Below are positions 48,768-57,479 of a stretch of DNA of 64,000 bases, one piece after another. Below the pieces are notes generated by a model. The model had not been told where the DNA came from. It did not search any database and saw nothing but the letters and a program-made list of their open reading frames with translations. Source of the stretch: an uncultured bacterium (GTDB lineage: Bacteria > Actinomycetota > Acidimicrobiia > Spongiisociales > ZC4RG35). The translations under genes and the position numbers were made by a program. The stretch covers positions 467,809 to 531,808 of the forward strand of contig CAVUYZ010000003.1 of assembly GCA_963745865.1 (NCBI GenBank), written 5' to 3'. Every line of letters starts with the position of its first letter. Positions within the stretch are counted from its first letter, which is position 1.

Positions 48768-49336
48768 ACCCGACCGGTTTGGCGATGGAATCGGGCAGCG
48801 ACTGCGCTACCGGTGCGCCACAGACCCCAACCCACGAGTCCACCGGCGGCGCCGAAAACGACGTGGTTGACCAGCGCGGCCGACAGGCCGTACAGCTCTA
48901 CGTTGCGCACGATGCCGGAGAACCAGACATTGGCGAGCACGAAGGCGAACTTTGCCACGTGGACGAGGACGCCGGCCGTCGTCGCTCCGAACAGCCCGCT
49001 GGCCGTCAGTCGGCGCACCCCGGGGAGATCCAACAGCGACCCAACGGCTCCATACAGCGCCAGGTTGTAGCCGAGCGAGTGACCGAGCCCGACGGGGACC
49101 GACCACAGACCCATCGAGACACCGGCAAGGGCGGCCATACCGGGGCGGCGATTGGCGAGCCGCCCGGAGATCAACACTGCGATCCACCCCATGCCGGCGT
49201 GACCGGGGATGCCCAGGTGGAAGTCGAGGTACTTCTTGGCGAGCGCACCCACCAGCCCGATCGCAACGGCCAGACCCAGGTCGCGAATCAGGCTTCGCCT
49301 ACCGGCGGTTGCCCTTGTCGGGGCGTACGTCTGCAT
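48749..49336 (-). CDS. ECF transporter S-component-like membrane protein
   Basis: About 195 aa, about six TM helices, LGIPGH motif; overlaps both neighbours. Confidence 0.65.
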   Translation of the reverse strand: MQTYAPTRATAGRRSLIRDLGLAVAIGLVGALAKKYLDFHLGIPGHAGMGWIAVLISGRLANRRPGMAALAGVSMGLWSVPVGLGHSLGYNLALYGAVGSLLDLPGVRRLTASGLFGATTAGVLVHVAKFAFVLANVWFSGIVRNVELYGLSAALVNHVVFGAAGGLVGWGLWRTGSAVAARFHRQTGRVWRDSW

Positions 49337-50036
49337 TGACCCAGGCTCCTTCCACGTGTCGAGCGGCGAAAACCGGCCGACCGTGAAGCAGGCGTGGCCG
49401 AACCCAATCACCGACATCGATGATAACTCCGCCGTCCAGGCCGGCTCCGGTGGCTACGTCGACCACCTGCCAAATGGCGGTGCGGTCAACCAGGTCGGCA
49501 ACGGTGATCGGGCCGGACACGTCGCGGATCCCGGGCAACCCCACGAACCGTCCGTCGTTGCCATCGGCGCGCAGAGCCGCCCCGCCCAAGGCACCGATCA
49601 TCCCGTCCTCGGTGCCATCCAGCCCAACCAGAGGGATGCCGGCGTCCGCGGCGAGCCGGACCGCCTCGGATCGGGTGACCAGGCCGCGCTGGGCGGCCCG
49701 GGCAAATGTCAACACTGCGTCGGGAACAGTTTCGTTCATGACGGCCACCCCAGGATCTGAACCAGGGATGGACTCGCGCGTGACGACGGCGGACACCGTA
49801 TCCAGGAGCTCGTACGGTGTCAGCGCGGTGGCAAAGACGATTGCTGCCGACGAGTTGCGCGATGTCTTGGGTACGCCCGGCCCTTCGTAGAATTGGTGTC
49901 TGGTGACTCCGAGGCTTTTGGCCACGTCGGCGAGCTCGTCGGTCATGCGACGGGCGAGCCCGCCCGTCCCGCCGATGCCGGGCATGTCGGTGTCGTCGAT
50001 GCCGACGACGCGTAGCTCACGGGATGCGGATTTCAC
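49299..50036 (-). CDS. Stand-alone TiaS N-terminal-like (GIDDTD) domain protein
   Basis: GIDDTD..GGTG, TRHQ, PKTSRNS, SDPG, GMIGAL; no OB or Zn-ribbon domain. Confidence 0.75.
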   Translation of the reverse strand: MKSASRELRVVGIDDTDMPGIGGTGGLARRMTDELADVAKSLGVTRHQFYEGPGVPKTSRNSSAAIVFATALTPYELLDTVSAVVTRESIPGSDPGVAVMNETVPDAVLTFARAAQRGLVTRSEAVRLAADAGIPLVGLDGTEDGMIGALGGAALRADGNDGRFVGLPGIRDVSGPITVADLVDRTAIWQVVDVATGAGLDGGVIIDVGDWVRPRLLHGRPVFAARHVEGAWVNADVRPDKGNRR

Positions 50037-50475
50037 CGACGTCCCGTACCCACCGCTCGCGCGCCAGAGTCTCCGCGGCAAGCTTGAGTGTCCCACGGTT
50101 GGTGACGTCGAGGATCCAGTTCTCGTCGGCTTCCGCCGCGGTGATGTCCAAACCAACCTCGAAGGTGCGTCCCTCACCCATGCCGATCACCTCGGCGGTC
50201 TGCCAGTCTTCCACCCCTGAGGCCGCGAGCACGTCGAGTAGACGGGGGCCGGTCTGCGTGTCGCCGTCGATGTTCAATTCAGCGAACGAGACTGACTCCT
50301 CGAGGGCGGTAAGCGTCCAGTCGGCAGCCAGCGCATCGCCGACGATCACTCGCAGCACGACGTCTTCCGCCGGAGGGTCGAGGGCGGGGGATTCATCTGC
50401 CGAACCGCCGCCACCGCATGCCCCGATCAGGGCCAGGGCGGCCATCAGCGCGCCCCGACGCGTGACTCTCGGCAT
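50017..50475 (-). CDS. Lipoprotein with a sulfite-oxidase-like molybdopterin-binding fold
   Basis: TRR plus lipobox LIGAC; GPRLLDVLAASGV and WVRDVGEI; RBS GAGGAGG. Confidence 0.65.
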   Translation of the reverse strand: MPRVTRRGALMAALALIGACGGGGSADESPALDPPAEDVVLRVIVGDALAADWTLTALEESVSFAELNIDGDTQTGPRLLDVLAASGVEDWQTAEVIGMGEGRTFEVGLDITAAEADENWILDVTNRGTLKLAAETLARERWVRDVGEIRIP

Positions 50476-50654
50476 GGCGACCTCCTCGGGATTCGACAGC
50501 CGATGACGATACCGTGCCGGCCGCGCCGGGTCCGGACCGCCCCTACGCGCTGGTTCGGTCGACCGAGCGTGCTCCGCAAATGCGCTCGTCCTGATGGATT
50601 CCCACGACCAGCGACGGCCACTGCGATCGTCTCATCGAACAGCGAGGTGTTCCA

Positions 50655-51773
50655 TCAACCAGTCATTGCGGCTTCTTGTCTGGATACGAGATGGTCGACC
50701 ACGTGTCCGGCGTCGATCGGCATGCCCGATAGCGTCTCCGACCAGAGCGCATGCAGGAAGAACAAGCCGCAGAAGTAGAGACCGGGTTGGTCGGCCACGA
50801 TGCCCCGTTGATGGACGGGTGATCCCCGATCGTCGAACACCGACAGGTCGATCCAGCCGAGTCCGGCTCGGAAGCCCGTGCACCAGACGACGTTGGCGAC
50901 GTCGAGCACGGTTCCGTCGGCGAGGACAGGGAGGCCGTCCTTGACGCCCATCACACGCTCGACTCGGCGAACGCCAGCGGACTCGAGATCGGCCGGTTTC
51001 ACCCGCACGATTGGTGCCCCACCGCCGTGTCCCAACAGCTTGGAGCGAACTCTGCGACCGATCGGCGTGCTGGTGTTCAGTATCCGGACCGCGCCGAAGC
51101 GGATGAGGCGAACACCGACATTGCGACCGAGCCAGGGCTCGATTCGGAATGGAATGACGACCGAAGGGTCTCCCGAGAGGTAGGTCGGGCGGGTCTTGGA
51201 GAGTTCGAGTCCGATGTCGGCGCCCGAGTTTCCGAACCCGACGACGAGGACCGGACCTTCAGCGAGCTGGGACGGGCGCTGATACTGGCTCGAGTGCATC
51301 TGGATGATGTCGGGGTCGAGGTCGGGTGCGAAGTCGGGCACGTACGGCACCTGGTAATCGGACATGGCGACAACCACGTTCGCTGATCGCAGGACTCCGA
51401 CTCCCGCGGTCTCCGCAACATAGGTGTCGCCGTCGAAGCTGAGGCGCGTCACCCTGCAATTGGAACGCACGGGGAGGTCATTCTCCTCTGCATAGCTCTC
51501 GAGGTATGCCGCGAGCTCGTCCTTGGTGATGTATTGGTCGCCCTTGGCGGGGAACGTCTTGCCGGGGAGGCCGTTGTACCTCGCAGGTGTGAACAGGAGG
51601 AGCGAGTCCCACCGCTTGCGCCAGGCGTCGCCGACGCGTTCGCTGGCGTCGAGGATCACGAAGTCGACCTTGCGTTTCGCAAGTTCGTATCCGACGGTCA
51701 GTCCGGTTTGGCCGCCTCCGATGACGATCGTGTCGGCGTATGTCGTTGTGGGTTCACGCTGTTCTCGGGTCAC
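50655..51773 (-). CDS. Flavin-containing monooxygenase-like FAD/NAD(P) oxidoreductase
   Basis: IGGGQTG, WRKRWDSL, HSSQY, VGFGNSG, WCTGF. Confidence 0.9.
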   Translation of the reverse strand: MTREQREPTTTYADTIVIGGGQTGLTVGYELAKRKVDFVILDASERVGDAWRKRWDSLLLFTPARYNGLPGKTFPAKGDQYITKDELAAYLESYAEENDLPVRSNCRVTRLSFDGDTYVAETAGVGVLRSANVVVAMSDYQVPYVPDFAPDLDPDIIQMHSSQYQRPSQLAEGPVLVVGFGNSGADIGLELSKTRPTYLSGDPSVVIPFRIEPWLGRNVGVRLIRFGAVRILNTSTPIGRRVRSKLLGHGGGAPIVRVKPADLESAGVRRVERVMGVKDGLPVLADGTVLDVANVVWCTGFRAGLGWIDLSVFDDRGSPVHQRGIVADQPGLYFCGLFFLHALWSETLSGMPIDAGHVVDHLVSRQEAAMTG

Positions 51774-51863
51774 TGTGGATCCTCTCGTCGGGGTTCCGAC
51801 AACGTATGACAGACAGCTCATCCCCGCATCGCCACTACTACCCAACCTGTGATACGGCTGACG

Positions 51864-51879
51864 TGGGTGGTTCTACCCA
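51864..51879. promoter_or_regulatory. Palindrome, probable operator of the adjacent LuxR regulator
   Basis: TGGGT-GGTTCT-ACCCA between the luxR and oxidoreductase genes. Confidence 0.4.
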
Positions 51880-51884
51880 GCGGC

Positions 51885-53531
51885 TCAGGCGAGTCCTTGC
51901 CTGATTGCAAAGGCAGTGGCCGCCGACCGGGAGGACACGCCGAGTTTCGTGAAGATGTTCGACACATGGCGATCGACTGTGCGTTCACTCAGGACCAGGT
52001 CGGTCGCGATGGAGCGGTTGGTGGCGCCCGAGGTCAACATCCGGAGCACCTCGACCTCGCGATCGGTGAGCCCAGCAGGCCACTCAGATGGGGACGGTCC
52101 GAGGAGTTCCTCGACGATGCGGACGTCTGGTGCCGCCCCGAGATCGACGAAGATCACCCGGGCTGCATCCAGTTCCCGGTTCGCGGACTCGAGGTTGCCC
52201 TGGGCCCGCAGAGCGCGGCCCAGGTCGAGCCTGGTGCGCGCCAGTTCGTACGGAATCGAGAGGTCCTGCCAGATGGTCTTGGCTCGCTTCAGGTGGCCGA
52301 CGGCCTGGGTCAGGCGGTTCTCCGTCAACGCCACCCGGGCTTCGGCATGCGCCGCCCACGCAATGTGGGCGTCGGTGCGCGTCGTTTCCGCAACGGTTGT
52401 GAGTTGCTCGGAAGCACGCTTGGCCTCCGGGAGCCGACGTGTTGCGACGGCCAACTCGACGTAGGCGGGGAGCAATTGGACATTGGCGAACAGGTCGACC
52501 GATTCGGCGAGCGACTCAGCGAGTGCGGTGAACGCTTCCTCCGAAGTCCCTTGTGCGAATTGGAGCAAAGCCATTCCTGGCATCGGATCGCCCCCGTTGA
52601 GGCTCACCTGGCGGAAGGCGCCAGTTGCTGCGTCGAGTTCGCCGCGCATCCGGTGGATTTCGCCGAGTTGATAGTTGGCCCGAGCGGCGATGCCGAACCG
52701 CGCCCCGAGCTCACCCACTCGCCTGGCCTCCTCGGCCGCCTCGGTCCACGCTCCCTGCAAGCGGAGGATCTCGGATCGGTGCGCCAGGCATTGATCGTTG
52801 AATGCGACCAGGTCGGGCTGTTCGCCGCACCAGTCGGTCAGCGAGCGGGTCCACTCCGCAGCCCGACTGATCGCGTGAGTCTCGTAACAGCCTTCGAGAA
52901 CGCTGCAATAGACGATGCCTGTGACCATCGCCGAGAGCCGAGAACCAGTCACCGAGATCATGATCTCATCGAGCAGCCGCAGTCCCTCGTCCGTCCTCGA
53001 AAGCCGGAGCAGGGCTCTGCCCTGGGCTTGCCCCGCCAGTGCCGTGAGGTCTGGATCGTCGAAGTGTCGACCGATGTCGGCCGCTCGAGCGCCCTCCGAC
53101 ACGACATGTTCGAACTCGCCTGCACCCGCGTGACGAAGGATCCGCGGCATCAGCAGGTAGCCGCGCTCGACGCAGTCCTCGGGAGCGCTGAGCAGGAGCC
53201 GCTCGGAAAGCTCGACCCACCCACTTGCCTGGGGGATCTTTCCCCTGCTCGCCAGGTTGATCGCAAGCCACAGAGCGGTCCTCGTCGCCAGGAGAACCTC
53301 ACCCTGCTCGAGATACGCGTGATAGGACCGTTCCTGGGTATCGAGCATCTCCGAGACGTTCCCCAGCATGTACGCGGTGGTCGCGAACAGTGCCAGATCG
53401 GCCGCCTCGAGCGGAGCTGCCTCGTCAGCGGCGGCAAAACACCGGTGAGCGTCGGTCCATGCTCGGTCGAGATAGTGGAGCCTGGCTCGATCCAGAAGAT
53501 CCGCCAGAGAGGAATCGTCATCGAATGCCAC
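51885..53531 (-). CDS. TPR-containing LuxR-family transcriptional regulator
   Basis: C-terminal LTDREVEVL...TVDRHVSNIFTKLGV. Confidence 0.92.
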   Translation of the reverse strand: MAFDDDSSLADLLDRARLHYLDRAWTDAHRCFAAADEAAPLEAADLALFATTAYMLGNVSEMLDTQERSYHAYLEQGEVLLATRTALWLAINLASRGKIPQASGWVELSERLLLSAPEDCVERGYLLMPRILRHAGAGEFEHVVSEGARAADIGRHFDDPDLTALAGQAQGRALLRLSRTDEGLRLLDEIMISVTGSRLSAMVTGIVYCSVLEGCYETHAISRAAEWTRSLTDWCGEQPDLVAFNDQCLAHRSEILRLQGAWTEAAEEARRVGELGARFGIAARANYQLGEIHRMRGELDAATGAFRQVSLNGGDPMPGMALLQFAQGTSEEAFTALAESLAESVDLFANVQLLPAYVELAVATRRLPEAKRASEQLTTVAETTRTDAHIAWAAHAEARVALTENRLTQAVGHLKRAKTIWQDLSIPYELARTRLDLGRALRAQGNLESANRELDAARVIFVDLGAAPDVRIVEELLGPSPSEWPAGLTDREVEVLRMLTSGATNRSIATDLVLSERTVDRHVSNIFTKLGVSSRSAATAFAIRQGLA

Positions 53532-53688
53532 GGATTCACGCTACTCCGCCGAGGACAGGCCATCCCGACTCGGCGTGGACCCGTCTGATTCGCCATGACG
53601 GACCGACTGAGCGGGCGCCGGTGTGTCACCCGAATCAGCTTGGAGATCGTCTGTTGGTTGCAAGGTATGCGTCTAGACAGAGTGGTCC

Positions 53689-54297
53689 GTGACGGCTCAG
53701 CAGGAATCAGGAGGATGGTTGGTGACACACCCCGTTGGCGCGGGTGCTGTGCTTGGGCTCGCATGGGGTCTTGTGATGCGGGGGTGGATGCGCTTCATCT
53801 CGTCCGACCCCGAGTTCAGCTGGAGCGGGACGTTCTTCATCCTGGCTGCCACGACGCTCGCTGGGACCGTTCTCGGGCTGGCGAGACTGCGGCAGCAGCG
53901 TGGCGGTCAGGGGTGGTGGCGCCTTTCACTGCTCGTCCTCTTGGGACTCGGGGCGGGCGGTGCGGTGATGTGGCCAACGGTGATCGGATGGGGCATTGCT
54001 TTCGGGCGCCGACGGCCGTGGACGGTCGTTGTGCCATTTGGAGTCGCTGGAGCAGCTATTCAGGTTCCGATTGTCCGCGAGTCGATCCTCGAGGATTGGC
54101 TACGCGGATCCGCTGCGGCCGCCGTGGCGGTGGGGGTGTACAGCGTGATGCTGGTGATCGAGGCGTGGGCGTTTTCGGTGGTCTTCTCCCGAAGTGCACC
54201 TGGGGTGACGACGCCATGGTGGAAGCGCGCCGTGATTGCGATCCCAATGGCTGCGATGTCCGGCTTTGCGGCGTTGGCCGTCGGGATCGGTGGATGA
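53689..54297 (+). CDS. Hypothetical membrane protein
   Basis: Several TM helices; MRGWMRFIS..PEFSW. Confidence 0.75.
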   Translation: MTAQQESGGWLVTHPVGAGAVLGLAWGLVMRGWMRFISSDPEFSWSGTFFILAATTLAGTVLGLARLRQQRGGQGWWRLSLLVLLGLGAGGAVMWPTVIGWGIAFGRRRPWTVVVPFGVAGAAIQVPIVRESILEDWLRGSAAAAVAVGVYSVMLVIEAWAFSVVFSRSAPGVTTPWWKRAVIAIPMAAMSGFAALAVGIGG

Positions 54298-54394
54298 GGG
54301 TGCGGGGAGCCGAGCCCGGCCTCATGCCGCTCCCGTGCCCTCGGGTGAGTGACGAATCGCCGGCGCTTCCCTCAGTTATGCCGTCTGGCGCGGC

Positions 54395-54751
54395 TCACTT
54401 CTGTGTTCCCTTCGGGTCGAATGTCCCGATCCACTCGTGTGCCTTCCTGAACCACGAGACGATCTCGTCGGCGTCACTCAGGAGATCGTCGGGAACCGAG
54501 ACGTAGCCTCTCATGACGCGCCCATACTGAGTGACCGGTCCACTGTCGTACGTGGCAAGGAATTCATCGGCGAGTCCATCCGGCAGGCGCAGCGCCATCG
54601 TTCCGTCGGCGTCGAGGAAACTGAACATGTGGCCGTTGTGCGACGTGTAGGGATTCTTGGCTCCCTTGACGATGTCGCCTGCCGTATCGACGACGGCGGC
54701 ATACCTGGTCAGTGCGTCGGAGGGCCCTCGATAGTCCGATCCACCGGGCAT
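54395..54751 (-). CDS. TfoX-like protein
   Basis: NGHMF, YGRVMRGYV.VP; RBS GAAAGGAG. Confidence 0.75.
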   Translation of the reverse strand: MPGGSDYRGPSDALTRYAAVVDTAGDIVKGAKNPYTSHNGHMFSFLDADGTMALRLPDGLADEFLATYDSGPVTQYGRVMRGYVSVPDDLLSDADEIVSWFRKAHEWIGTFDPKGTQK

Positions 54752-55033
54752 GGAATGCTCCTTTCGAGAGGCGCTCTCGAACATAGCATTTCGGCCGAGG
54801 CGCGCCCTGTGGGCACATGGGGGGGCGGCGGGGGAGTGCCTTACCTCAGTGGCCGGAGGACGGCCTCACACGCCAATATCGAAGATTCTCGGTCGGATCT
54901 GTCGAGATCGAAGGGGACCATCGGCACGTCAGGAACGGTCTTTCTGTCACTCGCGGGTAGCCCGAACCGAGTGAGAATGACAGTGGCGATCAACCGCGCC
55001 CACATCCAACCGACTCTCTCCGACAGGACTCAC

Positions 55034-55177
55034 ATGTCAGTCTTCCACACCACCAGAACCGTCCTCATCGCCGACGGGATGTCGCTCAACCTCAAGCCGT
55101 GGGAAGAGGTCGTGAGCTCGTTCCGGGTACCCGGTGGCATCCAAGTGACGATCCGGGATCGGCGCGCAGCGAACTGA
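55034..55177 (+). CDS. Small hypothetical protein (alternative start 54977)
   Basis: AGGA RBS; MSVFHTTRTVLIADG... Confidence 0.4.
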   Translation: MSVFHTTRTVLIADGMSLNLKPWEEVVSSFRVPGGIQVTIRDRRAAN

Positions 55178-55245
55178 ACATCGACCGACAACCGAGATTC
55201 GATTCGACCGGTGCCGGGGTTCAACAGCGCGTCCGAGCGGCGTTC

Positions 55246-56445
55246 TCAGCCGCGACCGAGTTTGGCTGGTTGAGGCACTCGGAAGAGCAAGGCGGTGGCG
55301 ACGATCGCCAGGGCCGCTCCTGTACCGAACGCGGCTGACGCCCCAACCGTCGCGTAGATGAGTCCGAACAGGATGCTCGCGGGAAGCGCAGCGAGTCCGA
55401 TCGCTCCGTGATAGAGGCCGAATGCTCCGCCCCGAGCTTCCTCCGGTGCGATCTCCGCCACCCAGGCGCGTTCTACCGGTTCGGTGAGCCCGAAGTAGAT
55501 CCCGTACCCGAGAAACAGGGCAACGAGCGTCGGTCCACTCGAGACCACGCCGAATCCGAGATAGATGCCGGCATATACGATCCATCCACCCGCCACCAGG
55601 TTCCGTCTCCCGAGCCGATCCGACAGTTGGCCACCGTAGAGATTGGCGACCATCTTGACGGCACTGTGCAACGACCACAGCACTGCGATCCATCCCACGG
55701 CGAATCCGGCATCGCTCAACCTGAGCAGGAGGAACGCATCGGTGCTGTTTCCCAGAGTGAAGACAACAACGGCGAGGAGGAGTCGTCTGAACGGACTCCC
55801 CATCGAGGACCACCAGTCACTCAACGCGGGCGGCTGGGACGTTGGCGGGCCTGTTCGCTCCTGCTCCGAGACGCCGAGCACCAGCACGATGATCACCAGG
55901 ACGGCGGGAATTACCGCGAGCAGGAAGATCCGGCGCAGTGTGAATCCGGGGATCAGCAGCAGGCCGGACGCGACCAGAGGTCCCGCCACTGCCCCGGCAT
56001 GGTCCATCGCCCGGTGGACGCCGTACGCTGCTCCGCGCCGCTCGACAGGGGTGACGTCGGCGATGAGAGCATCTCTGGGTGACGTTCTCAGGCCCTTGCC
56101 GATACGGTCCCCGAACCTGAGGGCTACCACGATCGGCCAGCTCGCTGCCAGCCCGATCAGGGGCCTCAATGCACCCGACAGTCCGTATCCCACAACGACC
56201 AGGGGTTTGCGGCGACGTGCCCGATCGGTCCACCAGCCCGACGCGATCTTGAGCACGGCCGCGGTCGACTCTGCGACTCCTTCGATTGTGCCGAGTGCGA
56301 TTGCCCCGGCTCCGAGTGACTCGACGAGGAACACCGGAAGCAACGGATAGATCATCTCGCTGGAGAGGTCCGTCAAAAAGCTCACCACGCCGAGGGCGAT
56401 CACGGTCCGCGGTAGTCCGCGAAAGAACCGGGTCGAAGTGTTCAC
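55246..56445 (-). CDS. MFS transporter
   Basis: DLSSEMIYPLLP, DRIGKGLRTSPRDALI, about 12 TM helices. Confidence 0.93.
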   Translation of the reverse strand: MNTSTRFFRGLPRTVIALGVVSFLTDLSSEMIYPLLPVFLVESLGAGAIALGTIEGVAESTAAVLKIASGWWTDRARRRKPLVVVGYGLSGALRPLIGLAASWPIVVALRFGDRIGKGLRTSPRDALIADVTPVERRGAAYGVHRAMDHAGAVAGPLVASGLLLIPGFTLRRIFLLAVIPAVLVIIVLVLGVSEQERTGPPTSQPPALSDWWSSMGSPFRRLLLAVVVFTLGNSTDAFLLLRLSDAGFAVGWIAVLWSLHSAVKMVANLYGGQLSDRLGRRNLVAGGWIVYAGIYLGFGVVSSGPTLVALFLGYGIYFGLTEPVERAWVAEIAPEEARGGAFGLYHGAIGLAALPASILFGLIYATVGASAAFGTGAALAIVATALLFRVPQPAKLGRG

Positions 56446-56804
56446 AGCCGCATGCTGGCAGATCGAAGGGCGAGACTTGCCTCACCGAATGATCAGATGA
56501 GGGAACGCGTTGTCGAACAGGTCGGTCGGATGTCCACAGCGCTCGGCGTCAGTCTGCCTCGATTCGCTCCTTGAAGAGACCCAGGGCGGTGGTCGCCCCC
56601 TCCATGAGCTTCAGACGAACGGACGGGAACACGTCTCGGCCAACCTTGGGGCCGGTTGGTCGCTCGATCAGTGATCATCGGAATTGCGCGAGCCCGCTGG
56701 TGTGCGGCACATGCGTAGACGCTGGAGGACCCCGAGGAATGAGGCCCGGGTGAGCTTGTCGTCATCTCGCTGGACAGCGCCGGACGGTTTGGGTTAGGTT
56801 GTAC

Positions 56805-56818
56805 TTCAATATGTTGAA
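56805..56818. promoter_or_regulatory. Palindromic operator upstream of the XRE regulator/ABC operon
   Basis: TTCAA-TATG-TTGAA in an AT-rich patch. Confidence 0.55.
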
Positions 56819-56854
56819 CAGATTCATCACTAAAGCTTCACGCGACGCAAGTCG

Positions 56855-57448
56855 ATGACCGACGACGCACCCACCGGCGAGCCGGTGCCAGATGATCCGG
56901 CCGCACGGCTCGGAGCGGCGATCAAGACGGCGCGCTCGGGTCGCTTCACGGTGCACGAACTTGCGAACCACGCCGGCATTTCCGCTGGATTGCTCAGCCA
57001 GATCGAACGCGGAATGGGAAACCCCTCGTACAAGACGCTCCACAAGCTCTCTCGGGCCTTGGACATTCGCATCGGTGAGCTCGTCGAAGCGTCTGGCACC
57101 GAGTCAGGTCCTGTTCGGGTTGTCAGAGAGACCGAGAGGACTCGACTCCAATTCGGATCGGAAGGGCTGGTGTATGAGCTCCTGACGCCGAATCTGAGGG
57201 GACGGCTCGAGGTCTTGCAGACATGGATTCCAGCCGGGTTCTCCAATGAGGAGAGTCCCTTCCAGCATGCCGGTGAAGAGTGCGTGCTCGTAGTCGAGGG
57301 GGAGTTGACCGTCGATGTCGACGGTCAACAGGACCGACTCTCAGAAGGCGATGCCATCACCATCGATCCGACCCATCCCCACTGGTGGCTGAACCACACG
57401 GACGCTCCCGCCCGGATCGTCGGAGCGGTCACGCCACCCACGTTTTGA
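56855..57448 (+). CDS. XRE-family regulator with cupin domain
   Basis: LSQIERGMGNPS HTH; HAGEE cupin. Confidence 0.92.
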   Translation: MTDDAPTGEPVPDDPAARLGAAIKTARSGRFTVHELANHAGISAGLLSQIERGMGNPSYKTLHKLSRALDIRIGELVEASGTESGPVRVVRETERTRLQFGSEGLVYELLTPNLRGRLEVLQTWIPAGFSNEESPFQHAGEECVLVVEGELTVDVDGQQDRLSEGDAITIDPTHPHWWLNHTDAPARIVGAVTPPTF

Positions 57449-57479
57449 ATCGACAGTCGACCAAGAGAGGAACAACGAC

